Shown piece by piece: positions 1 through 9,951 of a stretch of 64,000 nt of DNA. The position numbers and the translations under genes were made by a program. The number at the start of each line of letters is the position of its first letter. The stretch's first letter is position 1. Origin of the DNA: an uncultured Chloroflexia bacterium (lineage in GTDB: Bacteria > Chloroflexota > Dehalococcoidia > UBA2979); NCBI GenBank assembly GCA_963728205.1, contig CAVSIV010000006.1:704001-768000 (forward strand), read 5' to 3'. The notes beneath the pieces are model-generated. The model ran no database searches and was not told the origin of the DNA. It saw nothing but the letters and a program-made list of their open reading frames with translations.

Positions 1-662
1 AGGCGGGCTCGAAGTCGGCGCGCGACGTCTCCGGCGCGTAGGCGGGACGCCGCGGCGGCGGCGGCGGGCGGCGGCGGCATCGGCGCGGCGGGCGGCGCGA
101 CGGTGGGCGCCGGCCGTGCCGCCGCCGGCGCGGACGCGCCCCCCGCGCCCGCTCCGCGCAGCAGCGACTCGATGCGCTCGAGGCGCGCGCGGATGTCGCG
201 CACCTCGCCGGTCAGCACCGTCAGCGACTGCTGCACCGCGGCGATCGCCGGGTCGGCCCCACGGCCGAGCAGCTCGCGCGCCTGCGCGACGGAGTCGTCG
301 ATGATGCGGTGGGCGCGCTCGCGGGCATCCTCGAGGATCAGCTCGACGTCGGCGGCGGCGGCGGCGGTCGACGGCACGTCCGTGGCGGGCACGCCGTGCG
401 CGCCCGGCGGGCGCGGCGCGCTGCCGGCGCGCGGCGACTGCGGCAGCGGCGTGCGCGCGGGAGGCGGCGCCGCCGCCGGCGGGTGCGCCGACGCGCGCTC
501 GGCGCCGTCGCCGCCGCGCGGCCCGTCGCCCCCAATCGTCACGAGCAGCAATCCCAGCGCGCGCAGCACGGCGCCGAAGCGCTCCTCGGCCGACTGCGCC
601 AGCCGGCCGGCGCCGCTCTCCGCACCACGAAGCTCGCGCAGGAGTTCGTCGTCATAGGGCAT
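1..662 (-). CDS. hypothetical protein, partial (runs off window start); coiled-coil segment plus Pro/Ala-rich linkers
   Basis: ATG at 662 just downstream of the response regulator stop; reads MPYDDELLRELRGAESG...ILEDARERAHRIIDDSVAQARELL...VRDIRARLERIESLL with no stop seen before base 1; absent from the ORF track. Confidence 0.65.
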   Translation of the reverse strand, partial: MPYDDELLRELRGAESGAGRLAQSAEERFGAVLRALGLLLVTIGGDGPRGGDGAERASAHPPAAAPPPARTPLPQSPRAGSAPRPPGAHGVPATDVPSTAAAAADVELILEDARERAHRIIDDSVAQARELLGRGADPAIAAVQQSLTVLTGEVRDIRARLERIESLLRGAGAGGASAPAAARPAPTVAPPAAPMPPPPAAAAAASRLRAGDVARRLRAR

Positions 663-684
663 CGCTGAACCGTTCGTCCCGTCG

Positions 685-1395
<711 letters not shown>

Positions 1396-1601
1396 TGTGC
1401 GCAGTGTAGCGATCCATATCGGGCGCGTGTACCCCGGGAGGGACCGCGCGGGCGCCGGCGAGCGCGCGATGTTGCTGCGCCGACGGCGCTTCCCGCTGGG
1501 GGGATTTCGTGTAGACTGCGCGCGTCTCAGAGCCCCCAACCCAGCCACCGCAGCGCATAGCACCATGCGTGGTTTCGCGACGCGGCCCACATGGAGGTCG
1601 A

Positions 1602-2555
1602 ATGCAGAAGTACATCATCCGACGCCTTGTCCTGATGATCCCGACGCTCTTCGGGCTGACGTTCCTGGTGTTCACGATGGTGCGGCTGATGCCCGGCGAC
1701 ATCGTCGCGCTGATTGCCGGCGACTACGGGGCAACGAGTCAGGCGACGCGACAGGCGATCCTGAAGGACTTCCAGCTCGACAAGAACATTCCCGAGCAAT
1801 ACGTGATCTGGCTCGGCCAGGTGAGCCGGCTGAACATCGGCCGCTCGCTCATCAGTGGCCGCAGCGTCCAGAGCGAGCTCGGGTCGCGGCTGCCGGTCAC
1901 GCTCGAGCTCGGCGTGCTGGCGCTGCTGTTCTCCGTGGCGATGGGCATCCCGATCGGGATCCTGTCCGCGGTCAAACAGGACAGTGTGGCGGACTATACG
2001 GGCCGGAGCTTAGCCATCGGCCTGCTGGCCGCGCCCAACTTCTGGATCGCGCTCGTGCTGATCGCGCTCGCGGGCAGATATTTCAGATGGGGCGTCCCAC
2101 CAACAACCTATGTCGGGTTGACCGAGAACCCGATCGCCAACCTCAAGCTGATGGCCATCCCGGCGATGCTGCTGGGAGCGGCCTCGTCCGGCGGCGTGAT
2201 GCGGTTCACACGCACCGCCATGCTCGAGGTGCTGCGCCAGGACTACATCCGGACGGCGCGCTCCAAGGGCCTCGCCGACCGCGTCGTGATCATCCGGCAC
2301 GCGCTGAAGAACGCGCTGATCCCGGTGATCACGGTCATCGGACTGAGCGTGCCGACGCTCGTCGGCGGCTCGGTCATCATCGAGAGCGTGTACTCGATCC
2401 CCGGCATGGGGCGGTACTACATCTCCGCGATTAACCAGCTCGACTTCCCGGTCGTGCAGGCCATCAACCTCGTGACCGCGATGGCGGTGATCATGGCCAA
2501 CCTCGGCGTGGACATCACCTACTCGTGGCTGAACCCGCGGATCAGGTACTCCTAA
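1602..2555 (+). CDS. peptide/nickel ABC transporter permease (DppB/OppB family)
   Basis: GGAGG RBS, MQKYIIRRL start, EAA-like DYIRTARSKGL...HALKNA. Confidence 0.92.
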   Translation: MQKYIIRRLVLMIPTLFGLTFLVFTMVRLMPGDIVALIAGDYGATSQATRQAILKDFQLDKNIPEQYVIWLGQVSRLNIGRSLISGRSVQSELGSRLPVTLELGVLALLFSVAMGIPIGILSAVKQDSVADYTGRSLAIGLLAAPNFWIALVLIALAGRYFRWGVPPTTYVGLTENPIANLKLMAIPAMLLGAASSGGVMRFTRTAMLEVLRQDYIRTARSKGLADRVVIIRHALKNALIPVITVIGLSVPTLVGGSVIIESVYSIPGMGRYYISAINQLDFPVVQAINLVTAMAVIMANLGVDITYSWLNPRIRYS

Positions 2556-3475
2556 TGGCGACCAACGCGCTCGACACCGGCGCCTTCTTCGCGGCCCCGG
2601 CACCGTTCTACCGCCGCTACCCGTCGACCACCTGGCGGTTCATCCGGCAGTACCCGCTCGGCGCCTTCGGCGCGCTGATCGTGATCATCCTGCTGGCGAT
2701 GGCCGCCGTGCCGGCGGTGTTCACGCCGCTCTCCGCACAGGACCCGCTGAAGCAGGCGATCATCGATCGCCTGCAGGGTCCGTCGCTCGCCCACTGGTTC
2801 GGCACCGACGAGCTCGGGCGTGACATGTACTCGCGCATCGTCTACGGCGCGCGCACGTCGATCATCATCGGGTTCGGCGTCGTGTTCCTCAGCCAGATCC
2901 TCGCGATGACGTTCGGCACCGTGTCGGGTTACCGCGGCGGCGCGTTCGACACCGTCTTCCAGCGCTTCATCGACATCGGGCAGGCCATGCCCGGCCTGGT
3001 CTTCGTCATCCTCGTGCTCGTCACGCTGCGCAGCCGCATCGGCGACATCGGCGCCATCGTCCTCTCGGTCGGCCTGCTCATCGCGACGGGTTCGTCACGC
3101 ACGATCAGAGGTGTCGCGCTCTCGATTGCGACCGAGCAATACGTCGAAGCGGCACGCGCGCTGGGCGCACGTGACATCCGCATCATGTTCCGGCACGTCA
3201 TACCGAACCTGTTCTCCATCGTGCTGGTGAGCGCGTCGATCCTGGTGGGCAGCGCGGTGCTGATCGAGGCGGCGCTGTCGTTCCTGGGCTACGGCGTGCA
3301 GCCGCCGACCCCGAGCTGGGGCCGCATGCTGAACGACGCGCGCCAGAACCTCGTGCGCGCGCCGCACCTCGCGATCTTCCCGGGCCTCGTGATCTTCTTC
3401 ACGGTCTACAGCTTCAACATGCTGGGCGACGCCCTGCGCGACAAGCTGGACCCGCGCCTGCGGGGCTCGAAGTAG
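2555..3475 (+). CDS. peptide/nickel ABC transporter permease (DppC/OppC family)
   Basis: TAATG overlap with upstream gene; HWFGTDELGRD, YVEAARALGA, PPTPSWG, GDALRDKLDPR. Confidence 0.92.
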   Translation: MATNALDTGAFFAAPAPFYRRYPSTTWRFIRQYPLGAFGALIVIILLAMAAVPAVFTPLSAQDPLKQAIIDRLQGPSLAHWFGTDELGRDMYSRIVYGARTSIIIGFGVVFLSQILAMTFGTVSGYRGGAFDTVFQRFIDIGQAMPGLVFVILVLVTLRSRIGDIGAIVLSVGLLIATGSSRTIRGVALSIATEQYVEAARALGARDIRIMFRHVIPNLFSIVLVSASILVGSAVLIEAALSFLGYGVQPPTPSWGRMLNDARQNLVRAPHLAIFPGLVIFFTVYSFNMLGDALRDKLDPRLRGSK

Positions 3476-3505
3476 CGGGCATCGCTCGCACGGTTCCGTC
3501 CACGC

Positions 3506-3538
3506 GAAGAGCGGCGCAGATGCGCCGCTCTTCTCTTT
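3506..3538 (+). terminator. probable intrinsic terminator
   Basis: 13-bp inverted repeat GAAGAGCGGCGCA/TGCGCCGCTCTTC followed by TCTTT, 30 nt after the dppC-like stop. Confidence 0.6.
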
Positions 3539-3686
3539 GGCGCGCGGCAGCCTTCAGGCCTGCCGTGTGCAGTGGCCACCTCTCGCTGCCTGCGGTGGCC
3601 ACCTCAGCGGCGAGAGGTCGCCGCCTCCTGTCGAGGGAGGCACTCGCGATCCACGGCAGTGGCGCCGTGCGCGCATGAACGTCACC

Positions 3687-3778
3687 CAAAGCGGCGGCAG
3701 ATATGCCGCCGACAGAAGCGCGGCGCCAGCCGCGGACTGCGTCCGCGTCCTGTCGGCGGCATGTCTGCCGCCGCTTTG
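3687..3778. repeat. REP/REPIN-like palindromic element, copy 1
   Basis: CAAAGCGGCGGCAGATATGCCGCCGACAG ... CTGTCGGCGGCATGTCTGCCGCCGCTTTG with internal hairpin CGCGGAC-TGC-GTCCGCG. Confidence 0.9.
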
Positions 3779-3876
3779 ACATTCCGACGAGCCCCCAAAC
3801 CCGCCGCGCGCCGGAGGGCGATCGTGTATCGTCCTCCGCCGGACTCGACTCCCGACCCGATCCGAAGGAGCGCGCG

Positions 3877-5541
3877 ATGCAGATGACCGGCGGCCAGGCC
3901 CTGGCGCAGTCGCTCAAGCTCGAGGGCATCGAGACGATCTTCGCGCTCCCCGGCATCCAGCTCGACTACGCCGTCGACGCGCTGTGGGAGGAGCGGGACC
4001 ACTTCAAGATCGTGCACACGCGCCACGAGCAGGCCACCGCGTACATGGCCGACGGCTTCGCGCGCACGACCGGCGAGATCGGCACGTCGCTCGTCGTGCC
4101 CGGCCCGGGGCTGCTGAACGCCGCCGCCGGGCTGTCGACCGCATACGCCTGCAGCTCGCCGGTGCTCTGCGTCTCCGGCCAGATCCAGTCGGACCAGATC
4201 GGCCTCGGCCGCGGCGCGCTGCATGAGATCAACAACCAGCTCGAGACGATCTCGTCCGTCGTGAAGCACGCCGAGCGCGCGATGACGCCGCAGGAGATCC
4301 CGGGCATGGTGCACCGCGCGATCCGCGAGCTGCAGACGGGCCGCCCGCGCCCGGTCGAGATCGAGGTCCCGCCCGACGTGCTGGGCGCCGTCGCCGACGT
4401 GACGCTGATGGAGCCGGAGGCGTACGACCGCTCGCGCGAGCACCCGGCCGACGAGGACGCGCTCGAGCGCGCGGCGCAGGTGCTCGGTCGCGCCGAGCGC
4501 CCGCTCATCTGCAGCGGCGGCGGCGTGCTCTCCGCCGGCGCGTGGGAGGAGCTGCGCGAGCTCTCGCGCATCCTCGAGGCGCCCGTGCTGATGACGAGCA
4601 ACGGCCGCGGCGCCGTCTCCGACCGCGACTACCACGCGCTCTCCGGCCAGGTCGCGACGCGTGCGCTGCTCGGCCAGGCCGACGCGATCCTCGCCGTCGG
4701 CACGCGCTTCATGGTCTCGATCAGCCCGCAGCTGGGCGGCACGATCGCCGACGGCGCGCAGGTGATCCAGGTCGACGTCGACCCCGAGGAGGTCGGCCGC
4801 AACCGCACGCCCGACATCGGCATCGTCGCCGACGCGAAGGCCGCGCTCTCCGGGCTCGTGGCCCGCGTGCCGGCGCGCAACCGCAAGCGCGAGTCACGCG
4901 AGGCCGAGCTGACCGCCGTGCGCGACGAGGCCCGACGGCGCTGGTCGGAAGCCGAGCTGCAGTCGGCATACGGGATGGTCCTGCGCGAAGAGCTGCCCGA
5001 CGACGGCATCGTGGTGAGCGAGAGCACGCAGGTCGGCTACTGGTGCAACGGCGGCGCGTTCCCCGTCTACGAGCCGCGCACGTTCCTGACGTCGGGCTAC
5101 CAGGGCACGCTCGGCTACGGCTTTGCCACGGCGCTCGGCGCGCAGGTCGGCAACCCCGACCGCAGGGTCGTCTCGATCAACGGCGACGGCGGCTTCATGT
5201 ACAACGTGCAGGAGCTGTCGACGATGGCGCAGCAGCACATCCCGCTGGTCACGGTCGTCTTCAACGACAACGCGTTCGGCAACGTCCGCCGCATCCAGAC
5301 GCTGCGCTACAACAACCACACGCTCGCGACCGAGCTGCACAACCCCGACTTCGTCACGCTCGCCGGCGCGTTCGGCATCGCCGGCTACCGCGCCGAGGGC
5401 CCCGACGCGTTCCGCAAAACGTTGCGCGAAGCGCTCGCGAACGGCCGGCCGGCGCTGATCGAGGTGCCGATGCCGCCCGCCGCCGGCCTGAGCGGCGCGT
5501 TCGCGATGGAGCCGCTGCCGCCGCGGCCGGTGCTGCATTAG
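3877..5541 (+). CDS. thiamine pyrophosphate-dependent enzyme (acetolactate synthase-like family)
   Basis: AAGGAG RBS; TRHEQ, VPGPGLLN, ThDP motif GDGGFMYN...NDNAFG. Confidence 0.9.
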   Translation: MQMTGGQALAQSLKLEGIETIFALPGIQLDYAVDALWEERDHFKIVHTRHEQATAYMADGFARTTGEIGTSLVVPGPGLLNAAAGLSTAYACSSPVLCVSGQIQSDQIGLGRGALHEINNQLETISSVVKHAERAMTPQEIPGMVHRAIRELQTGRPRPVEIEVPPDVLGAVADVTLMEPEAYDRSREHPADEDALERAAQVLGRAERPLICSGGGVLSAGAWEELRELSRILEAPVLMTSNGRGAVSDRDYHALSGQVATRALLGQADAILAVGTRFMVSISPQLGGTIADGAQVIQVDVDPEEVGRNRTPDIGIVADAKAALSGLVARVPARNRKRESREAELTAVRDEARRRWSEAELQSAYGMVLREELPDDGIVVSESTQVGYWCNGGAFPVYEPRTFLTSGYQGTLGYGFATALGAQVGNPDRRVVSINGDGGFMYNVQELSTMAQQHIPLVTVVFNDNAFGNVRRIQTLRYNNHTLATELHNPDFVTLAGAFGIAGYRAEGPDAFRKTLREALANGRPALIEVPMPPAAGLSGAFAMEPLPPRPVLH

Positions 5542-5661
5542 GCGCGCGGCAGAGCCCGTCCTGAGCCTCCCGAAGGGCTTCAGGCCTGGCGTGTCAGTGG
5601 CTGCACTCGCAAGGTCACGGCAGGCCCGAAGCCGGCCGCGCGCCATCGAAAGGACCACCCC

Positions 5662-6699
5662 GTGCCCGACCCGCTCCGCATCGGCCTGATCGGCGCCGGC
5701 GCCAACACCCGCCTGCGACACATCCCCGGCTTCCGCGCCATCGACGGCGTCGAGGTCGTCGCCGTGTGCAACCGCAGCGAGGAGAGCGGCCGCCGCATCG
5801 CCGACGAGTTCGGCATCGCGCGCGTCGAAACCGACCCGGCAGCGATCTTCGCCGCGGGCGACGTCGACGCCGTCTGCATCGGCACCTGGCCGTACATGCA
5901 CCGCGAGTACACCGTGCGCGCGCTCGAGGCCGGCAAGCACGTGCTCTGCGAGGCGCGCATGGCAATGGACGCGACCGAGGCCCGCACGATGCTCACCGCC
6001 GCGCAGGCGCACCCCGACCTCGTCGCGCAGATCGTGCCGGCGCCGTTCGACTTCAAGTCGTGGCCCACCATCCGACGCGCGGTCAACGACGGCACGCTCG
6101 GCGACATCCGCGAGGTGCACGTCACGCTGCTCAGCGGCCAGTCGCTGAACCTCGCCGCGCCCCCGCACTGGCGCGAGCAGACGGCGCTATCGGGCATGAA
6201 CACGATGATGTTCGGGATCCTCGTCGAGGTCGTGACCCGCTGGCTCGGCCCGACGCGGCGGGTGATGGCCGACGGCGCCACGTTCATCACCGAGCGCCGC
6301 GCGCCGGACGGCCGCACGGTCGCGCTCGACGTCCCCGACAGCCTCGGCGTGCTCGCAAACTTGGAGCGCGGCGCACGCGTCACCTACCGCGTGAGCACCG
6401 TGTTGAACGCGCCGCGCGACGTGAACGGCATCTCGATCTACGGGACGAAGGCGACGCTGCACTGGGAGATGGGCGACCGCATGAGCTTCGCCGCGCTCGG
6501 CGAGCAGCCGGCGCCGCTGGAGCCCGACGCCGGGACCGCCGGGGAATGGCGCGTCGAGCAGGACTTCGTCGACTCGATCCGCGACGGCAAGCCGGTCGAG
6601 CTGACGAACTTCGAGGACGGCGTCCACTACATGCGCGTCACCGAGGCCGTCGCGCGCAGCCGCGCCGAGGGCCGCTCCGTCGCGCTCGACGAGGTGTAG
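5662..6699 (+). CDS. Gfo/Idh/MocA family oxidoreductase
   Basis: IGLIGAG Rossmann motif; AGKHVLCEARM (CEAR variant of CEKP). Confidence 0.88.
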   Translation: MPDPLRIGLIGAGANTRLRHIPGFRAIDGVEVVAVCNRSEESGRRIADEFGIARVETDPAAIFAAGDVDAVCIGTWPYMHREYTVRALEAGKHVLCEARMAMDATEARTMLTAAQAHPDLVAQIVPAPFDFKSWPTIRRAVNDGTLGDIREVHVTLLSGQSLNLAAPPHWREQTALSGMNTMMFGILVEVVTRWLGPTRRVMADGATFITERRAPDGRTVALDVPDSLGVLANLERGARVTYRVSTVLNAPRDVNGISIYGTKATLHWEMGDRMSFAALGEQPAPLEPDAGTAGEWRVEQDFVDSIRDGKPVELTNFEDGVHYMRVTEAVARSRAEGRSVALDEV

Positions 6700-6706
6700 G
6701 CCGCGC

Positions 6707-6811
6707 AGGCGGCGGCCGAGATGCCGCCCGTGCCGGCCTCGCCCGGCGGGCCGCACTTCATGGCGTCCGACCGCCGACCGGGATCTGTCGGCGGCATGTC
6801 TGCCGCCGCTT
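6707..6811. repeat. REP-like element, copy 2 (degenerate left arm, intact right arm)
   Basis: TCGGCGGCATGTCTGCCGCCGCTT at 6788-6811; AGGCGGCGGCCGAGATGCCGCCCG at 6707-6730. Confidence 0.75.
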
Positions 6812-7745
6812 AGCCGATCAGCAGCGTCGCCACGACGCCGGCATGATCCGACGCGAAGACCTCGCCGGCAGGTGCCGCGCCCACGACCGCCGCGGACACC
6901 GGCTGCACGCCGCTGCCGAGCAGCACGTGATCGATCCGGCGGCTGTACGGACCCGCCGCGGCGCGGCCGTCCTCGCAGCACGTGAGGCCGTCGCCCGTTC
7001 CGGCCGCCGCCCAGGCGTCGGCCAGCTGGCCCGTCAGCAGCGCGAACGCGGCGTCGGGCGACGGGGGACCGCAATTCAGGTCCCCGAGCAGCACGGTCGC
7101 CGGCCCGGACATCGGGCCGGCCAGCAGCTCCGCCGCCTGCGCGCGCCGAGCCTCGTCCGCGCCGGCCGTGCCCTCGAGGTGCGTGTTCACGACCCGGACC
7201 GCGCGGCCGCCGACCTCCACGTCGACTGCCGTCCAGCCCCGCGTGAGCGGGCCAATCACCGGGATCGGCAGCGACGTCGCGAAGTGCGCAGCCTCCGTCT
7301 CGAGCACGCGCGGCGGCGATGCCCCGCCCGACCGCACCAGCGTCACGTTGCGGTCGGTGAGGCGCACGCGCATCGGCTGCGGCCCCGCGAGCGGGAGCTC
7401 CGCCGCAAACGCGTCGACGCTCGCCGCCACCGCGTAGCTCAGCCCACGCAGCGTGAGTGCGTCGAGCAGCAGCTGGAGGAAGTCGAGCGCCACGTCCGTC
7501 GCCGGCCCGGGCGCGTCGAGCGGCGCCGTCTGGAAGAGGGCGACCTCCTGCAGCCCGACCACGTCCGGCTGCGCGCCGGCGATCTCGTCGGCCCACGCCT
7601 CCGCGCGCGCCGGCGGCCGGGAGGCCGCGACGTGCCCCCACGCATCCGCCGGCGAGACGCGGCCGGACATCAGCGCGTCGGGGTCGAAGCCGAACGAGAC
7701 GTTGCGCGTCGCGACCGTGAGCCGCGCGCCGGAGTTCGTCACCAC
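6810..7745 (-). CDS. endonuclease/exonuclease/phosphatase (EEP) family protein
   Basis: VATRNV, PDVVGLQEV, VNTHLE, LLGDLN, RIDHVL, ASDHAGV; GTG start immediately after the upstream TAG. Confidence 0.85.
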   Translation of the reverse strand: MVTNSGARLTVATRNVSFGFDPDALMSGRVSPADAWGHVAASRPPARAEAWADEIAGAQPDVVGLQEVALFQTAPLDAPGPATDVALDFLQLLLDALTLRGLSYAVAASVDAFAAELPLAGPQPMRVRLTDRNVTLVRSGGASPPRVLETEAAHFATSLPIPVIGPLTRGWTAVDVEVGGRAVRVVNTHLEGTAGADEARRAQAAELLAGPMSGPATVLLGDLNCGPPSPDAAFALLTGQLADAWAAAGTGDGLTCCEDGRAAAGPYSRRIDHVLLGSGVQPVSAAVVGAAPAGEVFASDHAGVVATLLIG

Positions 7746-7747
7746 GC

Positions 7748-8533
7748 CTAGAGCCCGCTCCAGCGCGGCGCGCGCTTCTCGGAGAACGCCACCGGGCCCT
7801 CGACGCGGTCCGGGCTCGCGTTGTGGCGCTGCAGCCAGTGGTAGTTGCGGTTGATCGCCGACTCCAGCGGCAGGTCGAGGCCGCGCAGCGCGCCCTCCTT
7901 CGTGCCGCGCACGGACAGCGGCGCGCACTCCAGGATCTCGCGCGCCCACCGCTCGGCCGTCGGCATCAGCTGGTCGTGCGGGACGACCTCGTTCACCAGG
8001 CCGTAGCGCTCGGCGGTGTGCGCATCGATGTTCTTCGCCGTCAGCATCATGCCCATCGCGAGCTTGAGCGGGATCTGGCGCGGCAGCCGGTGGATGCCGC
8101 CGGCGCCGGCGTAGAGCCCGACGCGAGGCTCGGGCAGCCCGAAGCGCGCCTGGTCGGAGGCGACGATGATGTCGCACGCCAGCGCGATCTCGCAGCCGCC
8201 GCCCATCGCCCACCCGTTCACCGCCGCGATCACCGGCTTGAACAGGTCCCAGCGGTCGGTGATGCCGCCGAACCCGCCGCGGCGCGGCGTGACCCCCTGC
8301 GGCAGCCGCCCGGTGCCCGACGCCGTCGCCTTCAGGTCGTTCCCGGCGGAGAACGCGCGACCGGCGCCCGTGAGGATCGCAACCCACACGTCGTCGTCCG
8401 CCGCGAAGTCGTCCCAGATGCCGGCGAGCTCGTGGTTCGCCTGCGCATGCAGGGCGTTCAGGACCTCGGGGCGATTGAGGGTGACGTACGCGACGCGGTC
8501 GCGCTTCTCGTACGTGGCGAAGTCGTAGGCCAT
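7748..8533 (-). CDS. enoyl-CoA hydratase/isomerase family protein
   Basis: LNRPEVLNAL, AFSAGNDL, AVNGWAMGGGCE, FGLPEPRVG, AFSEKRAPRW; AGGAG RBS. Confidence 0.92.
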   Translation of the reverse strand: MAYDFATYEKRDRVAYVTLNRPEVLNALHAQANHELAGIWDDFAADDDVWVAILTGAGRAFSAGNDLKATASGTGRLPQGVTPRRGGFGGITDRWDLFKPVIAAVNGWAMGGGCEIALACDIIVASDQARFGLPEPRVGLYAGAGGIHRLPRQIPLKLAMGMMLTAKNIDAHTAERYGLVNEVVPHDQLMPTAERWAREILECAPLSVRGTKEGALRGLDLPLESAINRNYHWLQRHNASPDRVEGPVAFSEKRAPRWSGL

Positions 8534-8679
8534 GCATCGGCTCCTATCGCGGCCCCGGCGCGGCCCGCCGCGCCCCCGGGGCGCGCGCATTCTAGACGAT
8601 GCTTCGCGTCGCGCCCGGCGCGCCGGGTAGACTCGGGCGGCTCGCGGCGCGGCGCCGCGACGGGGGACACGGAGCGAGG

Positions 8680-9102
8680 ATGTCGCGAGGCGTCTGGGTG
8701 CGGATCGACGGCGGGGGTCCCGAGTGGGCGCTCGAGAGCATGCTGCTCCGCCTGGCGATCAACGCCGCCGGCCTGCTGCTCGCCGCGGCGCTGGTCCCCG
8801 GGATCACGATCGGCGACTGGCAGTCGTTCGTCGCCGCGATCGCCATCTTCGGCATCGTGAACATGCTGCTGCGGCCGATCGCGATGCTCCTCTCGTGCTG
8901 CCTGATCGTGTTCACCTTCGGGTTCTTCGTGCTCGTCGTGAACGCGATCCTGCTCGCGGCGACCGCATGGACGGCCGGCCGGCTCGGTCTCAACTTCACG
9001 GTCGACGGCTTCTGGTCCGCGTTCTTCGGCGCGCTGATCATCTCGGTCGTGTCGGTGCTCGCGAGCATCTTCGTCCGCCGCCCGGTCCGCCGGGTGATGT
9101 AG
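8680..9102 (+). CDS. YvlD-like 4-TM membrane protein (phage holin family)
   Basis: IVNMLLRPI...FTFGFFVLVVNA...VDGFWSAFFGALIIS pattern. Confidence 0.8.
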   Translation: MSRGVWVRIDGGGPEWALESMLLRLAINAAGLLLAAALVPGITIGDWQSFVAAIAIFGIVNMLLRPIAMLLSCCLIVFTFGFFVLVVNAILLAATAWTAGRLGLNFTVDGFWSAFFGALIISVVSVLASIFVRRPVRRVM

Positions 9103-9201
9103 CGCCGCGCACTCCTTCTCCACGCGCACTCCGTGCTCGCGTGAGCACACTCCCTTCGGGCCGTACCATCAGGTGAACCGCTCGGAAGGGCACGGACGTC
9201 C

Positions 9202-9831
9202 TTGGACCCGATCGATCGCGGACTCGAGGGCCTGGTCAACGGGCTCGCCGGCCACAACGCGCTCATCGACTCCCTCGCGCGCTTCGCGGCGAGCGACCTC
9301 GTCTTCTTCGTCGTGCCGGTGGTGCTCCTGCTCTGGTTCTGGCCGTCGCCGAGCCAGGCGACACGCCAGCGGTACGTCGGCGCCATCGTGGTGGGCGGGG
9401 TGCTCGCGCTCGCCATCGGCACGTTCGCCGGCGCGCTGCGCACGGAGTCGCGCCCGTTCGCCGTCGACGCGACGGTCACGAAGCTGATCCCGCACGCCGC
9501 CGACAACAGCTTCCCGAGCGATCACGCACTGCTCGCGTTCAGCGTCTCCTGGGTGATCCTCTGGTGGCGCCGGGCGGCCGGTGCCGTCGCGCTGGCGCTG
9601 GCGTGCCTGGTCGCGCTGGGTCGCGTGGTCGTCGGCGTGCACTGGCCGATCGACGTCGTCGGCAGCGCGCTGATCGCGCTCCTGGCCGCGTGGATCGCCG
9701 TCTTCAGCGTGCCGCTGTGGGCGTACCCGCAGCGCGTCGCGAGCCGCGTGCTGCCGGAGTGGCTCGTGGCGAGCCCGGAGAGCGACGCGGACGATCCGAC
9801 CCGCGCGGCCGAGGAGCGCGCCCCCGCCTGA
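9202..9831 (+). CDS. PAP2 family phosphatase (BcrC-like undecaprenyl-diphosphatase)
   Basis: SRPF, SFPSDH, GRVVVGVHWPID motifs with hydrophobic helices. Confidence 0.85.
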   Translation: MDPIDRGLEGLVNGLAGHNALIDSLARFAASDLVFFVVPVVLLLWFWPSPSQATRQRYVGAIVVGGVLALAIGTFAGALRTESRPFAVDATVTKLIPHAADNSFPSDHALLAFSVSWVILWWRRAAGAVALALACLVALGRVVVGVHWPIDVVGSALIALLAAWIAVFSVPLWAYPQRVASRVLPEWLVASPESDADDPTRAAEERAPA

Positions 9832-9843
9832 TCGGCGCGGGAC

Positions 9844-9937
9844 CGTCAAGCGGCGGCAGCATGCCGCCGATAGAAGCGCGGCGACAGCCGCGGACGGTGT
9901 CCGCGCCCGGTCGGCGGCATGCTGCCGCCGCTTGACG
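9844..9937. repeat. REP/REPIN-like element, copy 3
   Basis: perfect 27-bp inverted arms CGTCAAGCGGCGGCAGCATGCCGCCGA / TCGGCGGCATGCTGCCGCCGCTTGACG, between convergent genes. Confidence 0.9.
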
Positions 9938-9951
9938 TTCATGCCGCGCGC

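Noticed and set aside
3703-3876. N-terminal extensions such as MPPTE...CRRHVCRR on several ORFs (3703, 21076, 24164, 27485, 40146)
   Set aside because: They are translations of the REP element; better starts with an RBS or -10 box lie downstream.
8680-9102. Prophage suggested by 'phage holin family' genes (also 34649-35110)
   Set aside because: These families are common chromosomal membrane proteins, and no phage genes are nearby.
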